This document shows positions 48,658 to 58,200 of a stretch of 62,114 bases of DNA, in pieces. The stretch lies in the NCBI GenBank assembly GCA_011773465.1, contig WVXO01000012.1, forward strand, positions 2,368 to 64,481, written 5' to 3'. Origin of the DNA: Candidatus Aminicenantes bacterium. Its GTDB lineage: Bacteria; Acidobacteriota; Aminicenantia; Aminicenantales; Aminicenantaceae. The notes beneath the pieces are model-generated. The model ran no database searches. It was not told the origin of the DNA and saw only the letters and a program-made list of their open reading frames with translations. The translations under genes and the position numbers were made by a program. Each line of letters begins with the position of its first letter. Position 1 is the first letter of the stretch.

Positions 48658-49521
48658 GTGAAAATATTTAAGAGAGAAAAAGATTTCAGCGCCATATTTC
48701 TTGTCGCACTCCTTATCTTATCCTGCGGCATCTTTATGAGTCTAAAAGTTAAAACCGATAATATTTACCGCAAAAAAATCCCTGGCTCTTCGATCATCTA
48801 CATTCCCTCAGGGCAATATCTCAAGTATGCTACTTTTGGCAATTCCTCTCTCCTGGCAGACCTTATTTACATCTGGTCTATCCAGTACTACAGCGACTAC
48901 ACTATCCCCGACATGTATGAATATCTAGATCATATTTTTTCAATCATAAACGAGCTAGACCCCGGCTACCTAGATCCATACGATGTCGGAGCTGTGATCG
49001 CTGCTTATGAAGCTAGAGATTTGGATCTAGCTTTTAAAATCCTGGATAGAGGCCTGGAGAAAAATCCGGAGCAGTGGCTTTTTCCCTACATGGCAGGCCA
49101 TTATGCCCAGATGATAAGGAAAGATCATAAGCTGGCTCAAGAGTACTACAAAAAGGCGATGAATATTGAGGGAGTTCCGCCCATTGTGAAGCGGCTTTAC
49201 GCTGACGCAATCTTCAAGTCCATGGATTATAAAAGAGCCCTGCAGACCTGGCTTGAAATCTACGAGACAGCAAAGGATGAAAGAACAAAAAAAATTGCTT
49301 CAAACCACCTGTATAATATCAAGGCTACAATAGATATCGAGAAGATAAATGGAGCCATCGAGAAATTCAAAGAGAGATACGGCCGTAATCCAATGGAACT
49401 ATCCCAGCTTGTTAGAGCCGGATTCCTTGATTCTCTGCCAAAGGATTTAGATGGAAAGGAATATATTTATGATTCCCGGACTGGAGAAGTGAAGCCCCCA
49501 ACAATCCCATGGAAACGATAA
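48658..49521 (+). CDS. Pilus-associated membrane-anchored TPR-like protein (PilG-like)
   Basis: N-terminal TM; LADLIYIWSIQYY, ELDP, RGLEKNPEQW; C-terminal GspG-like RYGRNP..LSQLV..GFLDSLPKD.DG..Y.YD. Confidence 0.65.
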   Translation: MKIFKREKDFSAIFLVALLILSCGIFMSLKVKTDNIYRKKIPGSSIIYIPSGQYLKYATFGNSSLLADLIYIWSIQYYSDYTIPDMYEYLDHIFSIINELDPGYLDPYDVGAVIAAYEARDLDLAFKILDRGLEKNPEQWLFPYMAGHYAQMIRKDHKLAQEYYKKAMNIEGVPPIVKRLYADAIFKSMDYKRALQTWLEIYETAKDERTKKIASNHLYNIKATIDIEKINGAIEKFKERYGRNPMELSQLVRAGFLDSLPKDLDGKEYIYDSRTGEVKPPTIPWKR

Positions 49522-50285
49522 TCATTATAGCCTGCTTCGGCCTTGCTTGGGGAAGCTTCCTCAACGTGGTGATCTACCGCCTTCCCCTCAGAATGAGCCT
49601 TTTCAAACCTTCATCCTCTTGCCCCCACTGTAAAGAGAAGATAAAATTCTATGACAATATTCCTGTTCTTTCTTTTTTGCTCCTTCGAGGGAAGTGTCGC
49701 CATTGTAAAGGGAGAATTTCTCTAAGATACCCTCTGGTAGAGATATTGACCGCTGTCTGTTTTCTTCTTCTCTACTCCAAGCACTCGTTGAGCTTCTTTT
49801 TCTTTGCCTCCTGTGTATTTGTTTGCGCCTTGATCGCTTTAGGCTTTATCGATTTTTACCACCAGATACTTCCTGACGAGATAACTCTCTCCGGGTTGTT
49901 ACTGGCCCTCATCTACTCGCTTTTCCGCGAAGATTTAAACCTGAGGCAGGCCCTTATAGGGGCTGTGGCTGGAGCTGGATTTTTACTTTTCATCTACGTC
50001 GCTTATTATCTATTGCGCAAAAAGGAAGGGCTTGGGCTGGGAGACGTGACCATGATGCTTTTAATCGGAGCTTATTTAGGCTGGCGGCAGGCTTTTTTCA
50101 CCCTGATCTTGGCTTCCTTTGTCGGAGCCTTGGTTGGAATCTTCTTTATTTTCTACAGAAAGAAGGACTTTCAGTATTCCCTTCCGTTTGGGACCTTTCT
50201 TGCCCCGGCCGCATTTGCCGCACTTCTCTGGGGAGAAAGAATAATAAGTGCCTATTTGAGCCTTTTCAAGAATCTGACCCCTTGA
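49509..50285 (+). CDS. pilD: Prepilin peptidase (A24A)
   Basis: GSFLNVVIYRLP, CPHC/CRHC, YPLVE, FIDF..QILPD, GLGLGD, PFGTFL. Confidence 0.96.
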   Translation: METIIIIACFGLAWGSFLNVVIYRLPLRMSLFKPSSSCPHCKEKIKFYDNIPVLSFLLLRGKCRHCKGRISLRYPLVEILTAVCFLLLYSKHSLSFFFFASCVFVCALIALGFIDFYHQILPDEITLSGLLLALIYSLFREDLNLRQALIGAVAGAGFLLFIYVAYYLLRKKEGLGLGDVTMMLLIGAYLGWRQAFFTLILASFVGALVGIFFIFYRKKDFQYSLPFGTFLAPAAFAALLWGERIISAYLSLFKNLTP

Positions 50286-50358
50286 AACCAGGAGGCTATC
50301 CGGAGAGATATTCGTCTTCAGCAGAAGGATTAATCTATTAAGCAGAAGCGTCTCTCTA

Positions 50359-51639
50359 TTAAAATGTGGCTGGGATTACTTCTTGCCAGGATTTGATTTT
50401 AAAAGGAGTGTCATCAACGCCGTCAAGAGCTAGGGCAGCTAAAGCCAGGTCGTAATGAATTTTTGAGTTGGAATCACACTCAAAAGATTTGGCCGAGATA
50501 GAACCGTAAAAATCGGCATTGCTGTTGAAATGCACGTCGGCTTTGGGCACGTAAACAGCACCCCAAAATTGGGAATTGGAATTCCACTCCATTTCTCCGT
50601 TAAAAGTATCTGTGCCCAGTATCAGGAGATTGGTAGGGTCTTCGGATAAATTATTGATTTGAGTGTTGCTGTGTTGGATAAAACTTCCACCAAGATAAAT
50701 TGTGACCTTAACTCCAGGGGCAATTTCAAGCTGCGAATTGCTGCGCATGGCGAATTCGCCTGTCACATAAAGGGATACATCAGCCGCAATTGTTACCGTA
50801 CAGTTGGAATCTAGCCTGAAAGAGGTATATACGCCGCTTTCGTCTATTGTATCCGAGTCGTTACCGCCAAGAGAATAGTCACCACTATAAAGGAGGTCTT
50901 CAGGAAGAGGAACTGAAGGCATATCATTGGGCTCGGATAAAGAATCCATTTCTCCAAATATTTCAGCGTTGCCCCGGGTTATTATCACATCCTCCGGAAT
51001 GGTCTCAGGCCCTGATAAAGCATTCCCGTAGATTCTGGCGTTTGAGTCTAAATCAATACAGCCATAATGAGTGCCGTTGGTGCCCACATGTCCTTCAGAA
51101 CCCATGTTCGAGCCGCCATAAGCCCCGTCCCTGGAGTCATAACTATCTACATATGCGTTTGAAGCGAAGTCCAATTCTTCATCGCCAAAAATTCCGTTAA
51201 TCCAGGGTTTATACTTCTCTTCTTCCAAGACTATTCTGGCGCACTTGGATAATACTCGAGACTCAACCATGGCTACTCTGCCTAAAGACGATATAACAGG
51301 ATACTCTCCATCAGGATCTTCAACCCTAATTTCGATATCCCCGATCACATTGCCATCTGGAGTTTGAAAAGATGAAATGGTCATATTCCTCAGGGAGCTA
51401 TCTCCATCCCAGGTCGTGATATCTCCATAATTCAGTTCCCAGATAGCTCTCTCAACCCCAGCTTCAGCCAGAGAGAGGGCTGCGGAAGATTTGTAAGATT
51501 TAGTGGTGAGCTTATTCTCAAAAGAGAGTTGGTATAAAAAAGGAATAGCCAGAAGAAGCAAGAATGACATGACTACCAAACCAACAATCAGGACAAAGCC
51601 TTGTTCCTCACCTTTCCTTTTTAAATCCTTTTTCATCAC
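50359..51639 (-). CDS. PilX-like minor pilin with C-terminal beta-solenoid domain (paralog 3, SN ladder)
   Basis: EQG|FVLIVGLVV (no Glu5), ALSLAEAGVERAIWEL, DSYDS..G.Y, GAVYVP.A, IHYDLAL, KIKSWQE. Confidence 0.8.
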   Translation of the reverse strand: MMKKDLKRKGEEQGFVLIVGLVVMSFLLLLAIPFLYQLSFENKLTTKSYKSSAALSLAEAGVERAIWELNYGDITTWDGDSSLRNMTISSFQTPDGNVIGDIEIRVEDPDGEYPVISSLGRVAMVESRVLSKCARIVLEEEKYKPWINGIFGDEELDFASNAYVDSYDSRDGAYGGSNMGSEGHVGTNGTHYGCIDLDSNARIYGNALSGPETIPEDVIITRGNAEIFGEMDSLSEPNDMPSVPLPEDLLYSGDYSLGGNDSDTIDESGVYTSFRLDSNCTVTIAADVSLYVTGEFAMRSNSQLEIAPGVKVTIYLGGSFIQHSNTQINNLSEDPTNLLILGTDTFNGEMEWNSNSQFWGAVYVPKADVHFNSNADFYGSISAKSFECDSNSKIHYDLALAALALDGVDDTPFKIKSWQEVIPATF

Positions 51640-51824
51640 CTCTTTTGCTTTCCCAATCCTTTGTTTCCTTTTCTGTATTAATCAGCACTGTTTTAATTGT
51701 TTGGTAAAAAAAAGTTTATCACCCATTGCAGCTGATTTTTACGGTTATTTTTTCCTATCTCCATCGCCTTTTGAGGCTAATCTATTTGATGAACTGATTG
51801 CGTGTTTGCGATCTATTCCTAACC

Positions 51825-53141
51825 CTAGTCGGAAACTTTTATTTGCCAGGATTTGACTATGTACAAAGATCCCATCGAAGGAAGAATTTCAAGATCTTCT
51901 AAAGCCTTATCATAATGCAGTACCGTGTCTTGATCAAAAAGGACATTGTTAGCTATTATAGCGCCATAAAAACCGTCTGCCTGATCCAATTCCACAAAAG
52001 CATTAGGCGCATAAATTGCCCCATAAAACTCAGAATTTTGGTCAATATAAATATCTCCTGTAAAGCTTTCTGTTCCAAAAAGCACAAGCTTGGTTGGATC
52101 TCGGGATAGATTGTTCATACTAGACGTCTGGTCCATCTCAAAGGTTCCACTCCCCATGATAATCTGAAGGCTTGCGCCGTCAGCGATATCAAGCCTTGAA
52201 TTCTGGTCCATGTAGAAATCGCCTGTTATGTAGAGGATAACATCATCTTCAATTGTCACTATGGAGTTTGCTTCCATCGTGAAAGAGCCATATTGGCCGC
52301 TCAAGAAAATCGAATCCGTGCCGCTCATCGAATAATCACCCACCCAGAGAAGTCCGCTAGGAGGAGTAATCTGAGGGAACTCTATCGGAACGGTCAATGC
52401 CCGCTTTTCACCATCAATATGGGCGCCGGGAGCAGTTATTATAACCGATTCTGGGTCGCTCTCATAACCAGATACTGCATCGCCGGCTAAATCAGAACTA
52501 TTGTCCATATAAATAGCACTAAAACTGACCGAGTTAGTTCCGATATCTCCGTCCGAGCCCGAATTGCCGGGATTGCTATAGTCTCCATTCCTTGAATCAT
52601 AACTATCGATATATACTTGCCGGTCGATCATTATTCCATCATCCCCAAAAGCTGCAAACTTAAAAGGAGGAAATCCACCCAACTCTGATCTCACTGTCCT
52701 CACCACTTTTTTGTCCCCAACATACAAAACTGTACCCCTTGATTCCACAATAGGATGATCTGCAGTAGGATACACAACCTTTATCCCCACATCGCCTATC
52801 ACACTCCCTCCAGAAGCCTGGAAAGAAGAAATGTCCATAGTACGCAAGGTATCATCACCCGTCCAGCTCGAGATGTCTCCATAATTCAACTCCCAGATAG
52901 CTCTATCAACTCCAGCTTCAGCCAAAGAGATGGCTGCAGAAGATTTGTAAGACTTATTGGTGAGCTTATTCTCAAAAGAGACTTGGTATAAAAAAGGAAC
53001 AGCAAGAAGAAGCAAGATTGCCATAACTACCATACCAACAATCAGGACAAAGCCTTGTTCCTCATGCCTGCTTTTAAAACCCTTGCTTATAACACTTTTT
53101 CTTTGAACATCGTTGCTTTTTGTCTCATCCATTTTGCTCAC
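51825..53141 (-). CDS. PilX-like minor pilin with C-terminal beta-solenoid domain (paralog 2, DQ ladder)
   Basis: EQG|FVLIVGMVV, AISLAEAGVDRAIWEL, DSYDS, GAIYAPNA, LHYDKAL, VKSWQ. True start may be ATG at 53132. Confidence 0.8.
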   Translation of the reverse strand: MSKMDETKSNDVQRKSVISKGFKSRHEEQGFVLIVGMVVMAILLLLAVPFLYQVSFENKLTNKSYKSSAAISLAEAGVDRAIWELNYGDISSWTGDDTLRTMDISSFQASGGSVIGDVGIKVVYPTADHPIVESRGTVLYVGDKKVVRTVRSELGGFPPFKFAAFGDDGIMIDRQVYIDSYDSRNGDYSNPGNSGSDGDIGTNSVSFSAIYMDNSSDLAGDAVSGYESDPESVIITAPGAHIDGEKRALTVPIEFPQITPPSGLLWVGDYSMSGTDSIFLSGQYGSFTMEANSIVTIEDDVILYITGDFYMDQNSRLDIADGASLQIIMGSGTFEMDQTSSMNNLSRDPTKLVLFGTESFTGDIYIDQNSEFYGAIYAPNAFVELDQADGFYGAIIANNVLFDQDTVLHYDKALEDLEILPSMGSLYIVKSWQIKVSD

Positions 53142-53153
53142 CTTTTTTTTAAT

Positions 53154-53193
53154 AATTTATCTCTCATCTTCTGCTGAAAAGATGATGATAAAT
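53154..53193. terminator. Intergenic hairpin between pilW2 and pilX2 (terminator or attenuator candidate)
   Basis: AATTTATC-tc-TCATCTT-ctgctgaa-AAGATGA-t-GATAAATT. Confidence 0.35.
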
Positions 53194-53207
53194 TCACCAA
53201 TTCTCCC

Positions 53208-53831
53208 TTAATCAGATTTGTTCCTCAGCTTTACTCCAGTCTTAAGAGTCTCCTGGAAAGTGCGACCCAACAGATTCTGAGTCGTTATCAAGGTGATATC
53301 CACGCAGGCAACTTGACTGAAATCAGCTACACCAGAAAGCTCGACTCCTGCAGAGCTTAACTGAAAAGAATTCACTCTTGTGGCTATGGTTCTGCTACTG
53401 TCTGCCCTGCTGCTAACCCCATCATTGGCATCAATAATTCTTTCTAACCGGTTAGGATATTCAGAATTGAGACGATAGACTATATAGTCAAACTGACTAC
53501 TAATATCGATTATGATACCATTAGAATCCAACGAGGGAACTTGAAGAATAATACATTCTGTGGAAGTAGCATAGACATCCCAGCTCGGCACAACTTGGAT
53601 CGCCTCTTTTATATCTCGAGAGATATAATTGAGCACATGCCTGTTATCCCGAAGCACATCAGACCTTGCGCTTCCGTTCATATAATATCTCTGTCCGGCA
53701 ACATAGAGAGAAAGCATAGCCAGGATCATAAAAGAGACAATGGAAACTGTTATCAAGACCTCAACAAGGGTAATGCCCGTTGGCTGGAATTTTCTCTGCT
53801 CGGATTTCCTGGATTTTTTTAAAATCATCAC
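53208..53831 (-). CDS. PilW-like minor pilin (cluster 2)
   Basis: PTG|ITLVEVLIT prepilin motif; ISRDIKEA; C-terminal VKLRN. Confidence 0.85.
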   Translation of the reverse strand: MMILKKSRKSEQRKFQPTGITLVEVLITVSIVSFMILAMLSLYVAGQRYYMNGSARSDVLRDNRHVLNYISRDIKEAIQVVPSWDVYATSTECIILQVPSLDSNGIIIDISSQFDYIVYRLNSEYPNRLERIIDANDGVSSRADSSRTIATRVNSFQLSSAGVELSGVADFSQVACVDITLITTQNLLGRTFQETLKTGVKLRNKSD

Positions 53832-54259
53832 TTTCTATTGATCCCCTTCCTGGTTATAAAAGTAACCACATCCTTACGCATCTGCGTTTCCCTGTAAGTC
53901 CAGAAAACACTCACAGTTAGTTTTTTGATGTCGTCTCCTAAAGAATCTTCGACATTTACGGCTCCAGTGCTGTTTTCCAGGAGAGAGAGACTTTCGTTCG
54001 TAAAAGAACTGTCAAGAGTTAAAATATCATTAAAAGACATGTTCCGAATAAGTTCTAATTCTTCTTGAATGGCTTGAGTGGCAATGGCTATTTGTTTCAT
54101 TCTGGAAAGGACGTTAAAACCATGGAGAAAACAGCTAAGGAGAGCAATTAAAACCAGGGCTAAGATCACCATGGTGACCAAAACCTCGATATAAGTAAGT
54201 CCCTCTTCTCTTTTTTTTCTTTTGACGGCTGCGCCTTTTCTCTCTGCTGGTTCCTGCAT
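53828..54259 (-). CDS. PilV-like minor pilin (cluster 2)
   Basis: EEG|LTYIEVLVT; AIQEELELIR; KKLTVSVFW. Start at 54259 after AAGGAGG (ORF track 54277). Confidence 0.85.
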   Translation of the reverse strand: MQEPAERKGAAVKRKKREEGLTYIEVLVTMVILALVLIALLSCFLHGFNVLSRMKQIAIATQAIQEELELIRNMSFNDILTLDSSFTNESLSLLENSTGAVNVEDSLGDDIKKLTVSVFWTYRETQMRKDVVTFITRKGINRK

Positions 54260-54277
54260 ATTATTTTCCTCCTTCAA

Positions 54278-54796
54278 CTAGATAGTGCTTCCATGTACAC
54301 GAGATGTTGGAATTTGCTTTTGGGGAAAGGAGCATACCCAGTTATATCCACTCTTTTCTAATCCCACTCTGGTGGTTCTCTCCAAATACACTCTGGCAGT
54401 CTTGCCTTCTGCGAGAGGGCTAGTATAGGCTACTCGACCAGTAGACCTCACTTGAGGATTCTCTCCCTCAAGATCTTCAATCCTTATCTTGATATCCCCG
54501 ATCACCTCGCTGGCAGGAGCTTGATAAGAAGAAATAGTCAGTGTTCTCGATGTGCTATCCCCTTTCCAGGTTGAAATATCCCCATAATTCAGCTCCCAGA
54601 TCACTCTCTCTACTCCAGCTTCAGCCAGAGATAGAGCAGCAGCGTAATTGGCAGATTTATCAGTGACCTTGTTCTCAGGAGATTGCTGGAATAGATGCGG
54701 AACAGCAAAAACAAGCAAGAATGCCAAGATGGTCAGTCCGATAATCAGGAGGGAACCATCCTTTCGTCCTCTTTCAATTTTTATTATAACTTTCAT
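54278..54796 (-). CDS. Short PilX-like pilin (paralog 1) without the C-terminal solenoid
   Basis: KDG|SLLIIGLTI; ALSLAEAGVERVIWELNYGDISTWKGD nearly identical to paralogs 2 and 3; ends soon after STGRV. Confidence 0.75.
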   Translation of the reverse strand: MKVIIKIERGRKDGSLLIIGLTILAFLLVFAVPHLFQQSPENKVTDKSANYAAALSLAEAGVERVIWELNYGDISTWKGDSTSRTLTISSYQAPASEVIGDIKIRIEDLEGENPQVRSTGRVAYTSPLAEGKTARVYLERTTRVGLEKSGYNWVCSFPQKQIPTSRVHGSTI

Positions 54797-55158
54797 CTCC
54801 TTAGCCTCCTAACGTCCCTTTTATTGTAACTACTGTTTTAGTCGGAGAAGAAGGCTAAAAGTTCATCATCTTCGGAGGCGATTTTTATGATGATCTTTAT
54901 ATCACCCCCCATACCTCCGACGACTAATCAACTTAATGACAGGGTGAAGAGGTTCTTAAGAGAAACGTATGAAGGAGAAGAAGGGGAAAGATAAAAAAAC
55001 TACGTTTTTTGTGCCCCTATTTTTTATAATAATAAAAAAATAGGGAATATAGAGATCTGATTTTGTGGTAAATAATGACTAAAATTTGGGCAATAATGCA
55101 AAACAGGGACTAACCACTTTCTTTGGAATGGCTAACCAAATTGGAATTAAAAAAAAAT

Positions 55159-55232
55159 GGGGACAGTCCCCTTTGTTGGGACAGCCCCCCTTTCAGGGAC
55201 TGTCCCTCTATCCCCATTTTTGGGACTGTCCC
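55159..55232. repeat. Cluster of four GGGACWGTCCC-type palindromes directly downstream of pilY1
   Basis: GGGGACAGTCCCC, GGGACAGCCCC, GGGACTGTCCC twice; flanked by A-tract and T-tract, so it could act as a terminator. Confidence 0.7.
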
Positions 55233-55239
55233 TATTTTT

Positions 55240-58200
55240 TTATCTGAAGATCCTGTAGACTTCTCTCCAGGATTTTACTTTGAGCATAGAAGTGCCTAAC
55301 TGCTCCAGCTTCTGAATAGTCGAATCATACTCTTGAATATAAACCTCTCTCTTCCGGGCACCACCCGAAGCTCTCTCTCTTTCACCTATGGTAACCGCTG
55401 CTCTTGTCTTTATGGCCAGGTCCAGGCTCTCTTTAGGACCGGTGGCTGTTTCAAAGGCCGTTCCACCAAGGGTGGTTCCAGCTTCAGCTTGGATATATCT
55501 TGCATAAAGCTTTCCCACACCGGTTATGCTTTCGCAGGGATCAACACTATCAATACTTCCTGTTAGGGTACTAAAATAAACAACGTAATCAGCAACTTTA
55601 GGATCTGCCCACACCCTCTCTCCAATGCTGATATCGCCCATATCTTTTTCTGGTGGCAGAGCTAGTATGGCATTGTTGCCGAGATACCATTCTACCTCAG
55701 GAATAGGAGAATCCTTAAGTGCAATAAAAGAGTAGACTGCATCACTCGGAGCTCTATCATCGCCCCCTGTCCCAAAATACAGACGGGGGATGGGTCCTCC
55801 TGAAACATAATCAACCCAGACAGCTGGTTTGCTTATAATCGGATAATTGTTAGAGTCTTTATAGATTGTCACCGCGGCCCAAGAAGTGGGATCTTGATAT
55901 TCTATACTCACATCTACTTTCCACATTCTTCCATCCAAATCTGCCACATAGACTCTATCTACATAACCATCTTGATCGATATCGATTATCGTAGGAGATC
56001 CAGGAATGGTGTTAGGAATGTTCCAGCCTAAAGCAGCTGTAGTGTCCACTTCCGGTGCATAAAACGCCCAGAAATATTCCCCTGTCTCCGCGTCTACTGC
56101 ATAAAAAACATTGCCGACAACTTCGCTCGGGCTATTATCATAGCCAGATCCCATAAAGGCAAGCCAAGCGTCCTCTCCGTTGCTTCGGATTTTACCCGTT
56201 ACAGGCACAGACCAGCTTTCTCCCAAAAAGTCATGAGTGAACTCCCAAAGCGGCTCAGGACTATCAGGATCAGTAATATCCAGGGCAAAGTAATAATTTG
56301 TTCCTCCTCCGATGCCGCTTCCTTTACCAGCCCCCTGACCACAGATAAGAATCGTTGTCCATTCTTTGCTGGCATCTCCGTTAACATCTATGTAAACATC
56401 GGCAACCATCGGGCTCCCGTCGACATAAATATCTCTGGCAAAGTACCTCTCTCCTGTTACCTCTGCGACTGCCCATATGTTCTTCATCTTGGGAAGAAGA
56501 TTATAAGGGATAAAGCCCCACAACTCTTCTCCTGTAAGAACATCAAAACAATGAATCATTCCGTCATTCGATCCTACATAAACCACCTTTCGTCTGTCTG
56601 CCCAGGTGTTCATAAACTCCTCGTATCCGTCTCCCATAATAACAGGGGCTTCATCTGGGGGACCGACAACAACGGGATTGGAATGGTTGCTGTCTCCTAG
56701 TTTCCACTCGCGCCCTTCTCCTCTTATAAAATTTATCAATCCTTCATTATCGTTGTTTACATCCTGTAGAATCGGCCCCAGGATAGCCACATTGGAAACA
56801 TTGAAGTCGATTCTTGTTAGAACAGAACCCTCGGCAATGGCCGTGTATATTGTTCTGGTGGCAGCTGAGCGGGCATTCAAGAGCTCTCCCGCGTCCCAGA
56901 CAACCTCCACGCCGGAAGGAACAATCTCTCTTCCTGAAGGCTGGGTTAAATCCTGACGACTCACTGTCCTGAGAACAGAGTAAGCTGTGGTCTCAGGAGT
57001 CATTGCGGTTAAATCATATGCTCTTAGATGTCCGTTCCAGGTCGGAAAGAAAAACGTGCTGGCCAGGAGATATTTTTTCTTCTGATTGCTTTCATCCACA
57101 ACATTGGTTACCACAACAGAGGTTCGAGAGTATTCTTTTTTGTCGACAAGAGTATATGCGAATGTAATCTGGCTAATTATGGGAGAATCGAATGATGCGC
57201 CCGAATATTCTTCCATCGGATCCTCGGGGGCGGTCATGATGGCTTTCCACCTGAGGTGGGAACCAAAGTGTTTAAACGCGTGTATGGGTAGATTATTGTA
57301 ATTTTGGATATCACTTCCCTCAAAAGTTGTGTAATACTCCCAATCTTTTCCGTTATTATTGGATAGATAGTATTCCACTTTAAGGCCGGCTGCGGACGTG
57401 CCTCGAATCTTCTGGCTGAGTCTTGTAATCTGCACTTTGGTTATGGCATAGAGCTCGGGATCCAATGCCCCTGAAATATCAGTAGACCAAGCCTCTCCGT
57501 AGGTGGTATAAACATTGGCTAATTCATTCCTAGCCAGATAATAATCTCCTGAATGGTTGGCATCTGCAAAAACCCAATCAACATCTCCGTCCATGTCAAA
57601 ATCCACGGATATGCCCATATCCACATCATGATACTTTTCATCAACACCATCACCATCACCATCCCTATAAATTGGAGGTGTAATCGGCAGACAATCATTT
57701 AAGCATTCAAATTGGAAGTTAACGGGAATACCTTCGATTTCTGCAAGTCCCTTACTTCTATACATCCACATCCTGGCATCATTCCCTGCGTTCCATACAT
57801 CATTGGAACACATTAGATCGAGCCATCCATCTTGATTAAAATCACCAGCACAGGTCGCAACTGCACCTATACAATCAGGATTGGGAATCAGAAGTTCATG
57901 ACGAGTGAAGTATCCAGTCCCATCATTCTCATAAAAAACTAAAAAGGGAATAGCTTCCACTGTACCGGCGATAACATCTATATCTTCGTCGTTATCCCAA
58001 TCAGCAGCCTCAATAGTAGAGCCTCCCATGTCTATCGTAAAACCTGGTGGTTGGTCATAATTAAGTTCAACTATGTCAAAATTAGCTATATCAAAACTTC
58101 CTGTTCCGGGATTCCTCACGAGAAATATTTGATTCTGACTGATAACCAATACATCTACATCTCCATCTTTGTCTATATCTACAGAACAAAGGTGGTCAGC

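Noticed and set aside
50359-54796. Shufflon or diversity-generating retroelement acting on pilX
   Set aside because: All paralogs are full genes in the same orientation. No recombinase, reverse transcriptase, inverted crossover sites or adenine-specific TR/VR pair was seen.
54800-55150. c-di-GMP or other riboswitch in the long leader of pilin cluster 2
   Set aside because: No GEMM-type or other recognisable aptamer consensus was found by eye. An Infernal/Rfam scan would be needed to exclude it fully.
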